Under the pieces are notes generated by a model that saw only the letters and a program-made list of their open reading frames with translations, ran no database searches and was not told where the DNA came from. A stretch of 64,000 bases of DNA, taken from NCBI RefSeq assembly GCF_009914755.1, contig NC_060928.1. The stretch is one strand, 5' to 3'. A program made the translations under genes and the position numbers. This DNA is from the human T2T-CHM13v2.0 reference genome, Homo sapiens. This document shows, one piece after another, positions 53,040 through 64,000 of this stretch; position 1 is the first letter of the stretch; each line of letters begins with the position of its first letter.

Positions 53040-56000
53040 ACATATATATGCCTAACTTTTAAAGGTTGACAAATATTGCCTTATCATCAAAGTAATAAAA
53101 CTATTTTCAGTTTTTTAAAAAAGGTAATAGTTTTTTTTAAGAGAGTAGCCATTTTTAAAAGGTAGTACCGAATGGGGTACCATCCCAAAGACCAGCAAAA
53201 TTATAATATTCACATCCAGATTTTTAGCTTTGTCCATTGCTGCTATTATTTTTTAAAGCTTTTTTACTTGTAAGCTTCCATTTGCTATCTCACAATATTT
53301 CTCTGACCTAACCTTTGGGTACCCCAAGAGTAAAATCTCTCGCACATAAAACTGTAGGCTCTAATGAGAACTAAATATTTTAAGAGGACTTAACATGCTT
53401 GCAGGTAGCTTTATTTTATTGCATTTAGAAATTGTTAATCACTAAAAATGGCTATGGGGACTTTATTCCTGGATGAAGCATTAAGTTACTAACAGGTGTG
53501 GAAGAGAAGGCAGAATTTATACTTCTGAATCTTCAGATTAAGGTACTCCTTCCCTTTGGTTCCTTCTAGATGCCTTATCGCCATGAAGCAAATGCAGGAG
53601 AGATTAGGGCAAAGTAAATCAGTAGAATTTCGTTATTAGATCCAGGATGTTAGCTGGCCTTGACTGAGCATTAGTTGCTTGTCCCGTTAAAATCTTCTTG
53701 AGCAGTATTCTATTTCTTTTATTTAGACAAAACCATAACATTGATTTGGAAAAGAACATTTTAAAATTGGAAGTATTATATTTAAAAATAGTTTTTAAAG
53801 TTTAGAAAGTCTTTTCAGTTTATCTCATCAACATCATCTTTCTAGATTCACCAATGTGAATATACCTTCCAAACCACCCATTTTGTTTCTCTGTACTGGT
53901 AGGGCACTTGGCTCTGTCTCTAGCTCCTCTAGCTGTGGGAACTATATCTAACTTGTCTTTCATTTGGCTATCAAGATTCTGTATAGAATGACTTCTGATT
54001 TTCCTTTCTGCTAATAGGGAATATTGTCATAAAATTAAATATAATAAAATAAAAACTGATAACTTCAGTCTCCTCTAATCATTCATTGAGATGAAGCTGA
54101 GAATACTAATTTGCATATTTTCAAGTTCTAAGGAGGCTTCATGAGTAGTCTGTAAAGAATGCTATTTATATGCTTTCATTCTTTCTCTAAAGTATGGCAA
54201 CTGATAATAGAATTTTCAGCTAAAGAAGATTGAAAAAGGTAAGTCTCATAATTTTAAAGACCATGTTAAACTTCTACTTTCACAAGATCAAATTCAGGAC
54301 TCTATAATGAGATTTTATATCACATTTTACATCAGATTTAAAATCCGCATTTGGTTATTAAATTGATTGATTTGTAACTATTTTAATATTCATATAAGAT
54401 CATTTTGTGTATGGGTTTTTTGCACATGTGGTAGTGTAGTATAGTGAGAAGTTGGCTTTTGGAGGCAGGAAGTTAGATTTATAATGCTTTTGAAGGTCTT
54501 CAGCAACCATAACATTTTGAGTTTTTTTAGTCATTTTTTTGGATGACTTGTGGCTTCATTAAAGGGATGCTAACTTTTTTTTACTAAACATAGTAAATTC
54601 TTTCTTAGTTCCTATACATACAAATCTTTTTATCTTGTTTTATATTGCCTAAAATTGTTTACTGAGTGTGAATATTGGTAACAGATTTAAAATGAATAGC
54701 ACTGATAAAAAATAAAACCTCATATTTCACAGTTCTGTAGTTGAGGTTTGTTACTGATCTTTAGATTCACAATGGAAATTAAATAAATTTCAGTTAAACA
54801 GTTTAAACCTATTCATAGAGCATAACAGCTAGTAGTTATTAATATTTTGTTCATTGTTACCTGACAGACCCAGAGTTTTTGTTATCCATTGAAAAACTTC
54901 AAATGTGAAGACCCTCCTCTTAATATGACATGTAGAATTCTCACAGTGGATATCAAGCCTTTTTTGTTTGATCATGGTTCAGATATATTTTTATCTACAT
55001 GGTTCTTCCTTTGTAATACATTCTTATGGCAAACAGAACATTAAGAGGCCAGAATGGAAGGTTATGTTTAGCTAACTGGCAGATCACACTTTAGAAGGAT
55101 TATCTACAAGGCCATGAATAATTGTATTACACACTGCTTGTAATTTAGAAAGATAAAAGTATTCCTCTCTGTTCCCTTTGTGTTCATATTTTCTCTTCAA
55201 GTAACAAATGTTTAACTCAAACTTCTGTTTTAGTTTTATGGTAACTGCAGCCACTGCTAACTTGATGGCTAAAACTTAGCACCCACAAAAATTGATCCCT
55301 AAGAACTGAGAGTTTTTCAGGGAGCTTTCTCAACTGTGTTCAAGAATAGGACCTCAGGTTCTTCAATTCCATCTTTTTCTGTTTCTCTTTTCATTCCTTT
55401 TTTCAATAGCTGCTTCATATGCTGATGACATTAGTGAGATTTGCGCAGCCTGTCTTCTCAGCTCTATTGATCACAAATTTTGTCACTAACTCTGGCCTTT
55501 GGAAATGAGAGACACCACTCTCCTCATTTGCAACTTCATTTCAGAAATGGTACAGATTGTTTCTTCAGTTCTCCAAAGTGCAGATCTGATGGTTCAGACT
55601 TTATTCAAGTTCAAGGATAAAGGGAAAAAACACGACATAGTAACTTACAAATTACTGTGTTATTAAATAACTCTCAGATCTCAGAGACTAAATTTATCCT
55701 CAGGGTCTTCTGGCTTCTTACCCTGTTTGCAAATAGCTGGGCCAGTTTACCTTACCAAGTAGAATACTTTAAGCACCTGATTGTCCGTGCATTTTTGCCC
55801 AAATTTGAAAGGGCGCTGCCCAAAGTCCCTATCTCTCTTTACATTGAAATGATTTATAGTATTAAGGTCCACATTCTAGAACATCCCCCTCAATTTAATT
55901 GTATAACTATGTAACGATACCTGCTTGCATACAAAATCACAAGGTTGTAGTCCTTGTGTTTGTGAACCAAGTACCTAATGGATCCCAATGCACTTTGGAT

Positions 56001-57852
56001 AGTTTGTCCTTGATAAAATAACCTGCCCAGTCCAATTTTCTTCCATGGCGTCTTAATTGATGTAAAGGGATACTTATGTTCTTAACTCCAGATACCTTAC
56101 AAACAACTGCCCAAACATGCATTAATTTGCAGTCATATAAGTGAGAGAGGCCTTCTAAGGTGAGAGATACCTTTGACTTTGAAGAAGTTGTTACTTCTTT
56201 AGAGGTAGCAGCTCACCATCAGATTGCAGCACATTGATAGAGTATTAACTTACTTAAAACATAGACTCAACTTCCTTAACCACTGAGACAACTTATTTCC
56301 CTTCTGAAATATCAGCATCAGGTTATTCCATTGCTTTTAGTGCTGCTACAAGAAACAGTGGACCAGTTTCTTGTTTTATAATTGCCTGATCTAACCAATA
56401 AAGCCTACACCACTAGGTACAGAAAATTATATGACAAATTTAGATAAAAGTTTAGCACCTACTGTTTACCAAGGCTTCCCACCACATATCATTTGTGAGC
56501 TGCATATTAATGACTAATCCAGAAATATATATTTTCTGTGTAAATGTATGTAGAGAGTTTTTTATTACTAAATACATTTAATGTTCATGTTTTAAAAGTA
56601 TGGTTTAAATTTTTATGAGAAAGCTTTGTCTAGGTATCAAAATAATTGGACATTGGTAATGAAAATTTTAGGATTGGTTGTGTGCTTTCTTAAAATAAAC
56701 AAATGGTGAAATTGCATTATCTTGTGGGGGAGGGGGTGGAAAATAAAAATGGAAAATAATTTATATATATAAATCAACAAAGATATTTTTCATGCCTCTT
56801 TTCCTTACTTTCTTTTCTCCTTTTCTCCTCTCCTTTCTTCATGTCATTCAAATTATCCTTCCCTCTTAAGCCCCGCTCTTTGTTTTTTCATGTATGTTAC
56901 CAATCTTTGTTTAAAATCGTTCTATAATATACTTATTGATCTTAATGTCCAAAAGTATGTATTTGTGAGATGGTTGGCCACAGGTAGTTACTTGGATATG
57001 GAGTCTCGTAATGAGAGAGAAACTACTTAATCTGTAGAGAAAGAAAAAAATACGACCCTGGCTTTATTTTGAATAATGCTTTAACCAACTAGTATATCAG
57101 ACATAAAAAATATCGTATCACTGGGTGCTAATTACAGTAAAAGTTTTTACCACTTGGACAAATTTGATAAGCCTTTAACAAATTAAATTATAGATTTAGC
57201 TTACTGCATAAAATTATCAAATATTTATTGACAAATGGGAGGGCAGATATATATGGTTTTAGTTTTCATATCTGGGATACTGTTCTGTGTTTCAAGTCAA
57301 CTACTTCAGTAATTTTCTTGATCTTAAATTTGAGGAAATACATTTTCTAAAATGATTCTCTTAATATTTTTCCTCGGTTTCTCAACCATCTGCTTAGGTT
57401 GCAAATCCATTTGGGTTGGTTCTCATGTATTTATATATTTTTTTAGCAGTGTTGCCCCACAGAAATGGGTTAGTATCCTCAAAGCTGTCCTGTGCTATTT
57501 GGTAAAATACGGCGATTCAAGACAGTTAGGCATTGTTGTAAACAAAGGAAAGCATGTGTATTCTAACCTCACTTTTAATCTATTCTTTGTTTAGTTAGGG
57601 GTTTAAAGGAACCCAATTTTGAACCTGGCATTATCCTAAAAATTATTGTATATTTTGTGAAATGCTTTGTCCTTTTGGTGCTCTCCTTACAGGCCTGTGA
57701 ACTTGAATTCACTTAATATAGTACCAGATATGAATAGAGAGGAGGCTAATTCCTGTTAGAAAATTTAAAAAGGAATCACTTGCTTTTACTTGACAGCTTT
57801 GACATAGGTTTCTACTTTACTTTTTTTTCCCCTCCAACTCATGCAAAGGAGA

Positions 57853-58089
57853 ACTACAGAAAAGTGTTTCATTCTCTCAGAATCATTTAAAAATGAAACT
57901 ACATCTTAAATATATTAAAATATTTTGATTTATTCTGCTATAAAATTAATCCTTTTTGTGGTCAGTTGTTTCACTACAGAAAAGTGTTTCATTCTCTCAG
58001 AATCATTTAAAAATGAAACTAGATCTTAAATATATTAAAATATTTTGATTTATTCTGCTATAAAATTAATCCTTTTTGTGGTCAGTTGT
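57853..58089 (+). repeat. 117-bp tandem duplication (period 120)
   Basis: 57853-57969 equals 57973-58089 except C57902/G58022; spacer TTC. Confidence 0.98.
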
Positions 58090-59024
58090 ACAACTTCTTG
58101 GCATAAGGAGATATTGTATATTTTTAAAAATATAATTATTTAAAACTTGATTTATCTTTTTTGGCTCCATTATTTGAACCCATAGAATAATTCACATGGG
58201 TTACCTGCCGAATTCATGTAATCCTCAGAGAGCAATGAAGGTTTTCTTTTTTTTTTTTTGAAATTTTAGAGTATGGAGTCACTTGTTTAGTATCTTTTTC
58301 AGCAATTAAGATTTTCACCTCATCATGCTAGCTAGCTGACATTAGCAGTGAAATTTTAAAAGGATGTTGATTTTTTATAGTCATTTATATTTCTTTGAGA
58401 GTAAAATTTAAAATTTTTTTCTAGAATATTTTACAGCATTTTAGATATTGGCAGAAGTCATTACATGAGAAGATAAATTCAGTCTGACTTTGAGATAGTA
58501 CCTATATAACTGAAGCAAATTGGTGAATTATATATCATTACTCAGTAATTGGGAGATTGTGCAAATAATTAAATATAATAATTCAGTTTGACATGATTTT
58601 TTTCCTTTTATATATCGAGATAAACCTAGTGGATAGTTGTAAATTCTTATGTAAATTTATCATATTCATTGATATTTTGAAAAAACAGTATTTTTTTTAG
58701 AGGCCCTAACGTGAATGACATGAGAAAGGGGACCACACACACAATTTCTAATGTATAATCTTGGGAATCATCTTTCTTTAATAATTACAAAATCCTTACA
58801 TTTCTTTTCTTAGAGGTCACTAGTTGTATATACATTTTCTCTTTTCAAATTTCAAATTATTTTTAAATTTTTGGTAATCAGGATATCTATATTTTTTAGT
58901 AATTATGGAAGTCAAAGGCCTCTATCAGTTTATAAGAAAAACAAAACAGTATCCAGCTTTCACTGACTCATGTTTAATGATTAACATCACCAATAAATAA
59001 GGGATTTTTTCATAGTAGGGATTT

Positions 59025-59264
59025 TCAATATGTAGAAGATTCCATATTCTCTGTACTTGAGTAGAAAATACGTTTTACCACACCAAGATAGAAACAGTCC
59101 AAGTACACAATGTTTACAGTTTTTGTAATCATATCATAGAAGGATACTGCAGTGAAGACCATTTGACTTCTTGAATACTTTAGGATTTTAGTAATGCTAA
59201 TTTTAATAATACTAATATAATCTCTTTCTATGCTGTGATATCGCCTGCAAGAGTAAAAATACAT
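59025..59264 (-). mobile_element. CR1/L3-type LINE RT remnant
   Basis: The ORF contains SFYDMITKTVNIVYLD, similar to CR1 RT 'SFYDKVT...VDVVYLDFSKAFD'. Confidence 0.55.
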
Positions 59265-59589
59265 TTGATGATGTTGTTAAAGGTGACCTATCCTGTTCTA
59301 ACATATCGACATTTCCATTTTAATGCACTTTACTTGTCTGGTGAGGATAACTTTAATATGCTCTTAAAACAGTAGAAAAATTACCTAAATGAAAAAAAGT
59401 GTTCGCAACGAGGGATAAGAGATCATTTAATTTACTATTTTTATACTATTGGAAAACAATTGTTTGAATAAATGTTACTGTTTATGTGCATTACCAAACT
59501 ATAAATTAATTCTGTATGTAGCTTTCGGTCTGACAATCAAGGGCATAGAAATGTAAAATCTTTAAAATTCTGATAGAAAGGAGAAAAGC

Positions 59590-59835
59590 TGCCTCCCTGT
59601 TGTGTTTTATAAAAGTCCCAGGATTCATATTATTGGGTCTGACTGGCTTGATTTGGAGAGTGTGTGGGTCCTAATCCATCTGGAGTGCCATGAAGATGAC
59701 ATGTACTAATTGCCCTAACTCAATCAAGGCTTATCCCTGGATGGGTGTGAGACCAATTTCCCATGGCTAGGAAATTCGGGGTACTGTTTGGAAAACATAA
59801 CAAATTCAGGGGCAGAAAATAACAAATATTCATGG
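59590..59835 (-). mobile_element. Old MLT1-type LTR fragment
   Basis: 'tctgactggcttgatttgg...aatcaaggcttatccctgg...ggaaattcggggtactgtt...gggcagaaaataacaaatattca'. Confidence 0.5.
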
Positions 59836-60184
59836 AACTCATGGTCATTGAGACTATCTATGGGTTGAGCGGGCCTTAGCTTAAAGTTTTATGCTTTTGA
59901 ACATTAACATTCACTCTCTCCCCCTTACTTTTAGGATCTTTTTATTCATAATACTACATCCAGCCAGTGTATTGGAAAAAATGAAATTGAACACCATAAC
60001 TGGAACAGTATCTAATACAATTCTTATGGACATCCCCCAAGCCCAGTTCTGTTGGGAGAGGGGCATTTTCACTGAGAAAACTGTTTTATGCTTTCTCCTT
60101 GTCATGTTCCTCCCCTCACTAAATAACATCCCTTACTCTCTCCCTAAGGTATTTTTATTCCACTAAATAGATACTTCTGGCTTA

Positions 60185-60640
60185 ATCATGTAGAATCCTT
60201 TTGACTATACATAACAGAAAACCAAGCTAACCATTAGCATTAACTAAAAGGATGCTTGTTTACTTAATATTACTTCCAAAGTGGTCCCTGTGATGGTTTG
60301 GCCTTGAAATTGAATCAAGGACCGACTCTCTTTTCAAAATCTTTGGTTGGTAGTTGCTGCTGTTTCGCTGCTGTTTTTTAAAAATCTCTGGTTAAGATGG
60401 CTTTCAGATGTCTTCACATCAGGTCTTGACGTAACAACACTCAAAGATAGAATATAGTGAATTGAATAAATGGTTTTCAGAAGTCTTCAAGCACTCTATT
60501 TATATATTATTAGCTAGGACTAGGTTACATAATATTTCCTAGCTACAAGACAGGGTGGTAAATGCATATCTGAATTTTTCAGTTTCTATGGTAGGGGCTG
60601 CATCACATAGAACGTTTTGAGAATAGTTGTATGGCCAATG
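60185..60640 (-). mobile_element. Old MLT1-type LTR
   Basis: 'taacagaaaacc', 'aagatggct', 'ggactaggttacat...cctagctacaag'. Confidence 0.55.
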
Positions 60641-61714
60641 TTTCCCAAAACTGTTTAAAGTAAATAAGAGATAGCTCCCTTTGTTTTATATAGAGGCATG
60701 TAAGTAAGAGGTTGGTCTCATACTGAAAACTTTGCATTGAGATCCATTTCTCTGGTTTAGTTCTTGAGCTTTTCAGCGGTTCTAAATTTTTAGGACAGTG
60801 CCATTTTAGTCAAATATTTCATATAACAGAACTGGTTATACTAAACTTGTTATACTGGTGTGCTTCCTCAACCAGGGCACTAATCGTTCAGAAACAGGAT
60901 GGGTCAAAATAAATTAATAATGTAAAATTTAAAGTAAAATTATACATATATTTATATATACACACACAAGATACCTAGATATACGTACATAAGTTAACGC
61001 AATATGGAGGTTATAAAGTTCTGTGATGTAGCACAGCGGAGGAATTCTAGTAACTTGAAACAGACTTATCATATTTTCTTTCATTTCCTATTCCCACACT
61101 TTTCTTCTTTCATAAATTCTAACAGGCATGACTGGCTATCTGTCCACTCAAGGTATGTATTCATGAGGGCTATATGTAAGAGATGCTAGATATATTTTCA
61201 CCTTAAATATTTCACCCTAAAATATTAGCCTTTCCTCTGAGTAAAATTTGCTTATTGTGTTTCATACCATCTTTCTCCTTTTCTTACTTTGTATCTGATT
61301 AATAAGATATTTATAATTCTACCAAACATAAATAATTATGACATGAATAATTTTGTTTCACTGGTCACTTCCAACATTAGAAGACTATTAACATACTGCG
61401 TAGTAGATTATAGGAATATACATTATGGCAATAATGTATCTGGCAATAATGTATGCCTTTATGGCATAGTCATAATTTATAATATAGTAAGGCACCCATT
61501 TAGAGTTAAGATCTAAGGTAATTGTTTTTTTCTCTCTTACGCCATCAGAATAAGAAATATTCTGAATCCATGTTTCCAAGCTTTTAACTAGGCAAATAAT
61601 TGGATATTGATGTACCAAGGATTTTCTACATGATTACTTTATCTTTGTTCAGGTTGGGCAAATTTAAATAAATACAAAAGCCAAAGTAGGGATTCTGGCG
61701 TAATATAAGGAGAT

Positions 61715-61900
61715 AGTAAGAGGACACTAAAGGCAGAATGTCTAGGCAGAAAACCTGGCTCACTACTTACAAGCTGTGTGACCCTGGGCCACTGGTTCCT
61801 CAGGTTACTCTTCTATACAATGGCTGTTATGAAGGTTAAACAAAATTACCCATGTAAATCTGTAGCATAGTGCTTAAATTATGGTAAGCACTTAGTAGCT
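61715..61900 (+). mobile_element. MIR SINE
   Basis: 'cctggctcactacttacaagctgtgtgaccctgggc...ggctgttatgaaggttaaa...tagcatagtgct'. Confidence 0.75.
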
Positions 61901-62434
61901 CTTAGCACTTGTCATTATAATTTGATTTGTGAATCTTATGGAAGAGATACTTAAACGTAAAGTTGTATCTTGAAAAATGGAAAACAAATAAACAGAACAT
62001 ACCTCCCCTATGAAGGAAGTATTGTGGGTCTTTGTGTGTCCACTAGCTATTAGATCATAGGTACAGAAAGCTTTGAACATATACTAGGCTCCATAATTGT
62101 ATCTGGATCATTGAATTATGTTGATTAGTACCACATTTTGAACCTATCCACACGAATCAGCCACAGCTTTTATAATCTTTATGAAATTTATCTGAGATTA
62201 ATTTAGAGTTGATGACCTATTGGACTTGGCATTCATATATTATCAGAACATATGGTTAGGTTGATTAATAAATTAAAATACTTATGAAATTTAGCATTCT
62301 AATTTATTACATTGTCATATCATTACAAACTTAATGTAGTGGCTTATATTCTATCTTTCTCACTATTTCTCTATGTTTAAGCACATGTGCACACACAATG
62401 GTAAGGAAGATAAGGATAACATTTAAATTATTTT

Positions 62435-62580
62435 AGCCAGGTGTGGTGGCTTATGCCTGTAATCTCAGCACTTTGGGAGGCTGAAGTGGGAGGAACAATT
62501 GAGCCCAGGAGGTTGAGGCTGCAGTAAGCTATAATTGTACCACTGCATTCTAGCCTGGGTAACAGAGTGAGACCATCTCA
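62435..62580 (+). mobile_element. Alu monomer (FRAM/FAM-like)
   Basis: A single monomer 'gccaggtgtggtggc...gagcccaggaggttgaggctgcagt...gagaccatctc'; degenerate TSD AATTATTTTAG / AATTAATTTTAG encloses the monomer and the GGAA tract. Confidence 0.9.
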
Positions 62581-62584
62581 ATAT

Positions 62585-62700
62585 AAAGGAAGGAAGGAAG
62601 AAAGGAAGGAAGGAAGGAAGGAAGGAGGGAAGGAAGGAAGGAGGGAAGGAGGGAAGGGGAAGTGGGAAAGGAAGGAAAGGAAGAAAAGGAAAGGAAGGAA
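62585..62700 (+). repeat. (GGAA)n-type polypurine tract
   Basis: 116 nt of purines with a single T at 62663. Confidence 0.95.
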
Positions 62701-63111
62701 ATTAATTTTAGTCTTCATATGTTCTTTTATTTACAATGTGTTAGGCCCTGACCAGGTTGACTACTGATTAATTTCATGTTTATCCAGTGGCATGTTATGA
62801 TTTTTTAGTTTCTCATACTTCTAGATAAGAATAATGCAATATACTATAAATGCAAAATATTAAAAATGAAGGAGCTATTAAAAATGTGAATGATTTTTTT
62901 AAAAACTGGATTGCTATCTTTAAGTCACTTGTGGTCACTAGTGAAAATACTAATCTTGACTGAAAGGGTAAGTTACAAATTGGTGAAGGAAAGATTACTG
63001 CCTATGCCATTATGGTTCCTTATTAAGACATTTTCGATGTTTATTTTCAGTTTTAAAGAACTTTGCTATATGTATTTTGAATTTTAAAGGCCTAAGATTT
63101 TGCCTGGATCA

Positions 63112-63113
<2 letters not shown>

Positions 63114-63158
<45 letters not shown>

Positions 63159-63179
63159 CGCACACACACACACACACAC
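63114..63179 (+). repeat. Long (AC)n microsatellite with two GC interruptions
   Basis: Seen directly. Confidence 0.95.
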
Positions 63180-63507
63180 CCCTCTGTGTCCATGGATTCC
63201 ACATTCATGAATTCAACCAACCAAGAATCAAAAATATTTGGGAAAAAAAATTGAAAATAACTGTACAATGATAAAAATAATACAAATATAAAACAATACA
63301 GTGTAACAATGATTTATGTAGCATTTACAATGTATTAGGTATTGTAAATTATCTAGAGGTGACAAAGTGTATGGGAGGATGTACATGGATATATGCAAAT
63401 ATCACAGCTTTTTATATAAGGGAATTAAGCATTTGTGAATTCTGGTATCCTGGAGTTGGGGGATGGTGGTCCTGGAACCACTTCCTTGGATATGAAGGGA
63501 AGACTAT
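63179..63507 (-). mobile_element. MER2 (TcMar-Tigger MITE), near full length
   Basis: 'ccctctgtgtccatgg...tcaaccaacc...tagcatttacaatgtattaggtatt...ggtcctggaacca...ggatatgaagggaagacta'. Confidence 0.9.
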
Positions 63508-64000
63508 ATATATACATATATACATAAAATATTTATTTATATATGCATGTATAGAGAGAAAGAGTGAGAGAGAGAAAATGAATGAATGGTTTAATACAGA
63601 AGCTGAACAATAGTTTCTCATGAAAAGTATTAAATTATCCTTATACTGTTCTTAGTTTATAAAAAACTGCTGTTGAGACAGAAGTATTAATATAAAATGG
63701 AGACGTTCTATATGCGAAGAAGAGTGTAATTATTATCACATTTTGGGAGAATATTTTGTTTCTGTTACATCTAGTATGCATTCTTTAGGCTGGGTCTTTA
63801 CATTTTATGGTATGATAATTTTTACAGGCTGATGTATGCACTGCTTTTCTTTGTTGAAAGTGTCCATTTTAAACAATGATTTTTTAAAAAGTCATGGCAT
63901 TTTTAATCACTATTAAAAGGAAAGAGAAAATATTCCACATATTATGGGAGAACAAATGAGATGGAAACTGTGTACTGCTCATTGATGGTATAAGGTTTGT

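Noticed and set aside
55368-55549. Strong + strand pyrimidine tract and acceptor (AG at 55408-55409)
   Set aside because: Only a weak donor (ATG|GTACAG) follows, and the long frames close with stops

Overview
Primate (most likely human) AT-rich non-coding DNA that looks like the inside of a large intron or a gene desert. I cannot name the locus. No protein-coding exon, RNA gene or CRISPR array is supported. The ORF track consists of Alu, LTR and microsatellite read-throughs plus chance ORFs; two ORFs and one off-track frame carry decayed LINE reverse-transcriptase motifs. The window holds 13 Alu or Alu-monomer copies (9 minus, 4 plus), several MaLR solo LTRs (THE1C-like with an intact 5-bp TSD, MLT1 types), two MER2 MITEs and many ancient repeats (MIR, L2, CR1/L3, RTE-X/L4-like, MamSINE1). 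I recognised almost no L1. The strongest unexplained structures are: (1) a ~136-nt near-perfect hairpin at 18692-18827; (2) a ~75-bp inverted pair of MLT1-derived segments at 2004-2078 and 2928-3003 that look too similar for their age; (3) a young 117-bp tandem duplication at 57853-58089 with a possibly templated junction; (4) a candidate minus-strand exon at 34502-34614; (5) several motif clusters resembling enhancers. I found no evidence strong enough to claim a new biological system. Subfamily calls and the boundaries of old repeats were made by eye from recalled consensus sequences and are approximate.
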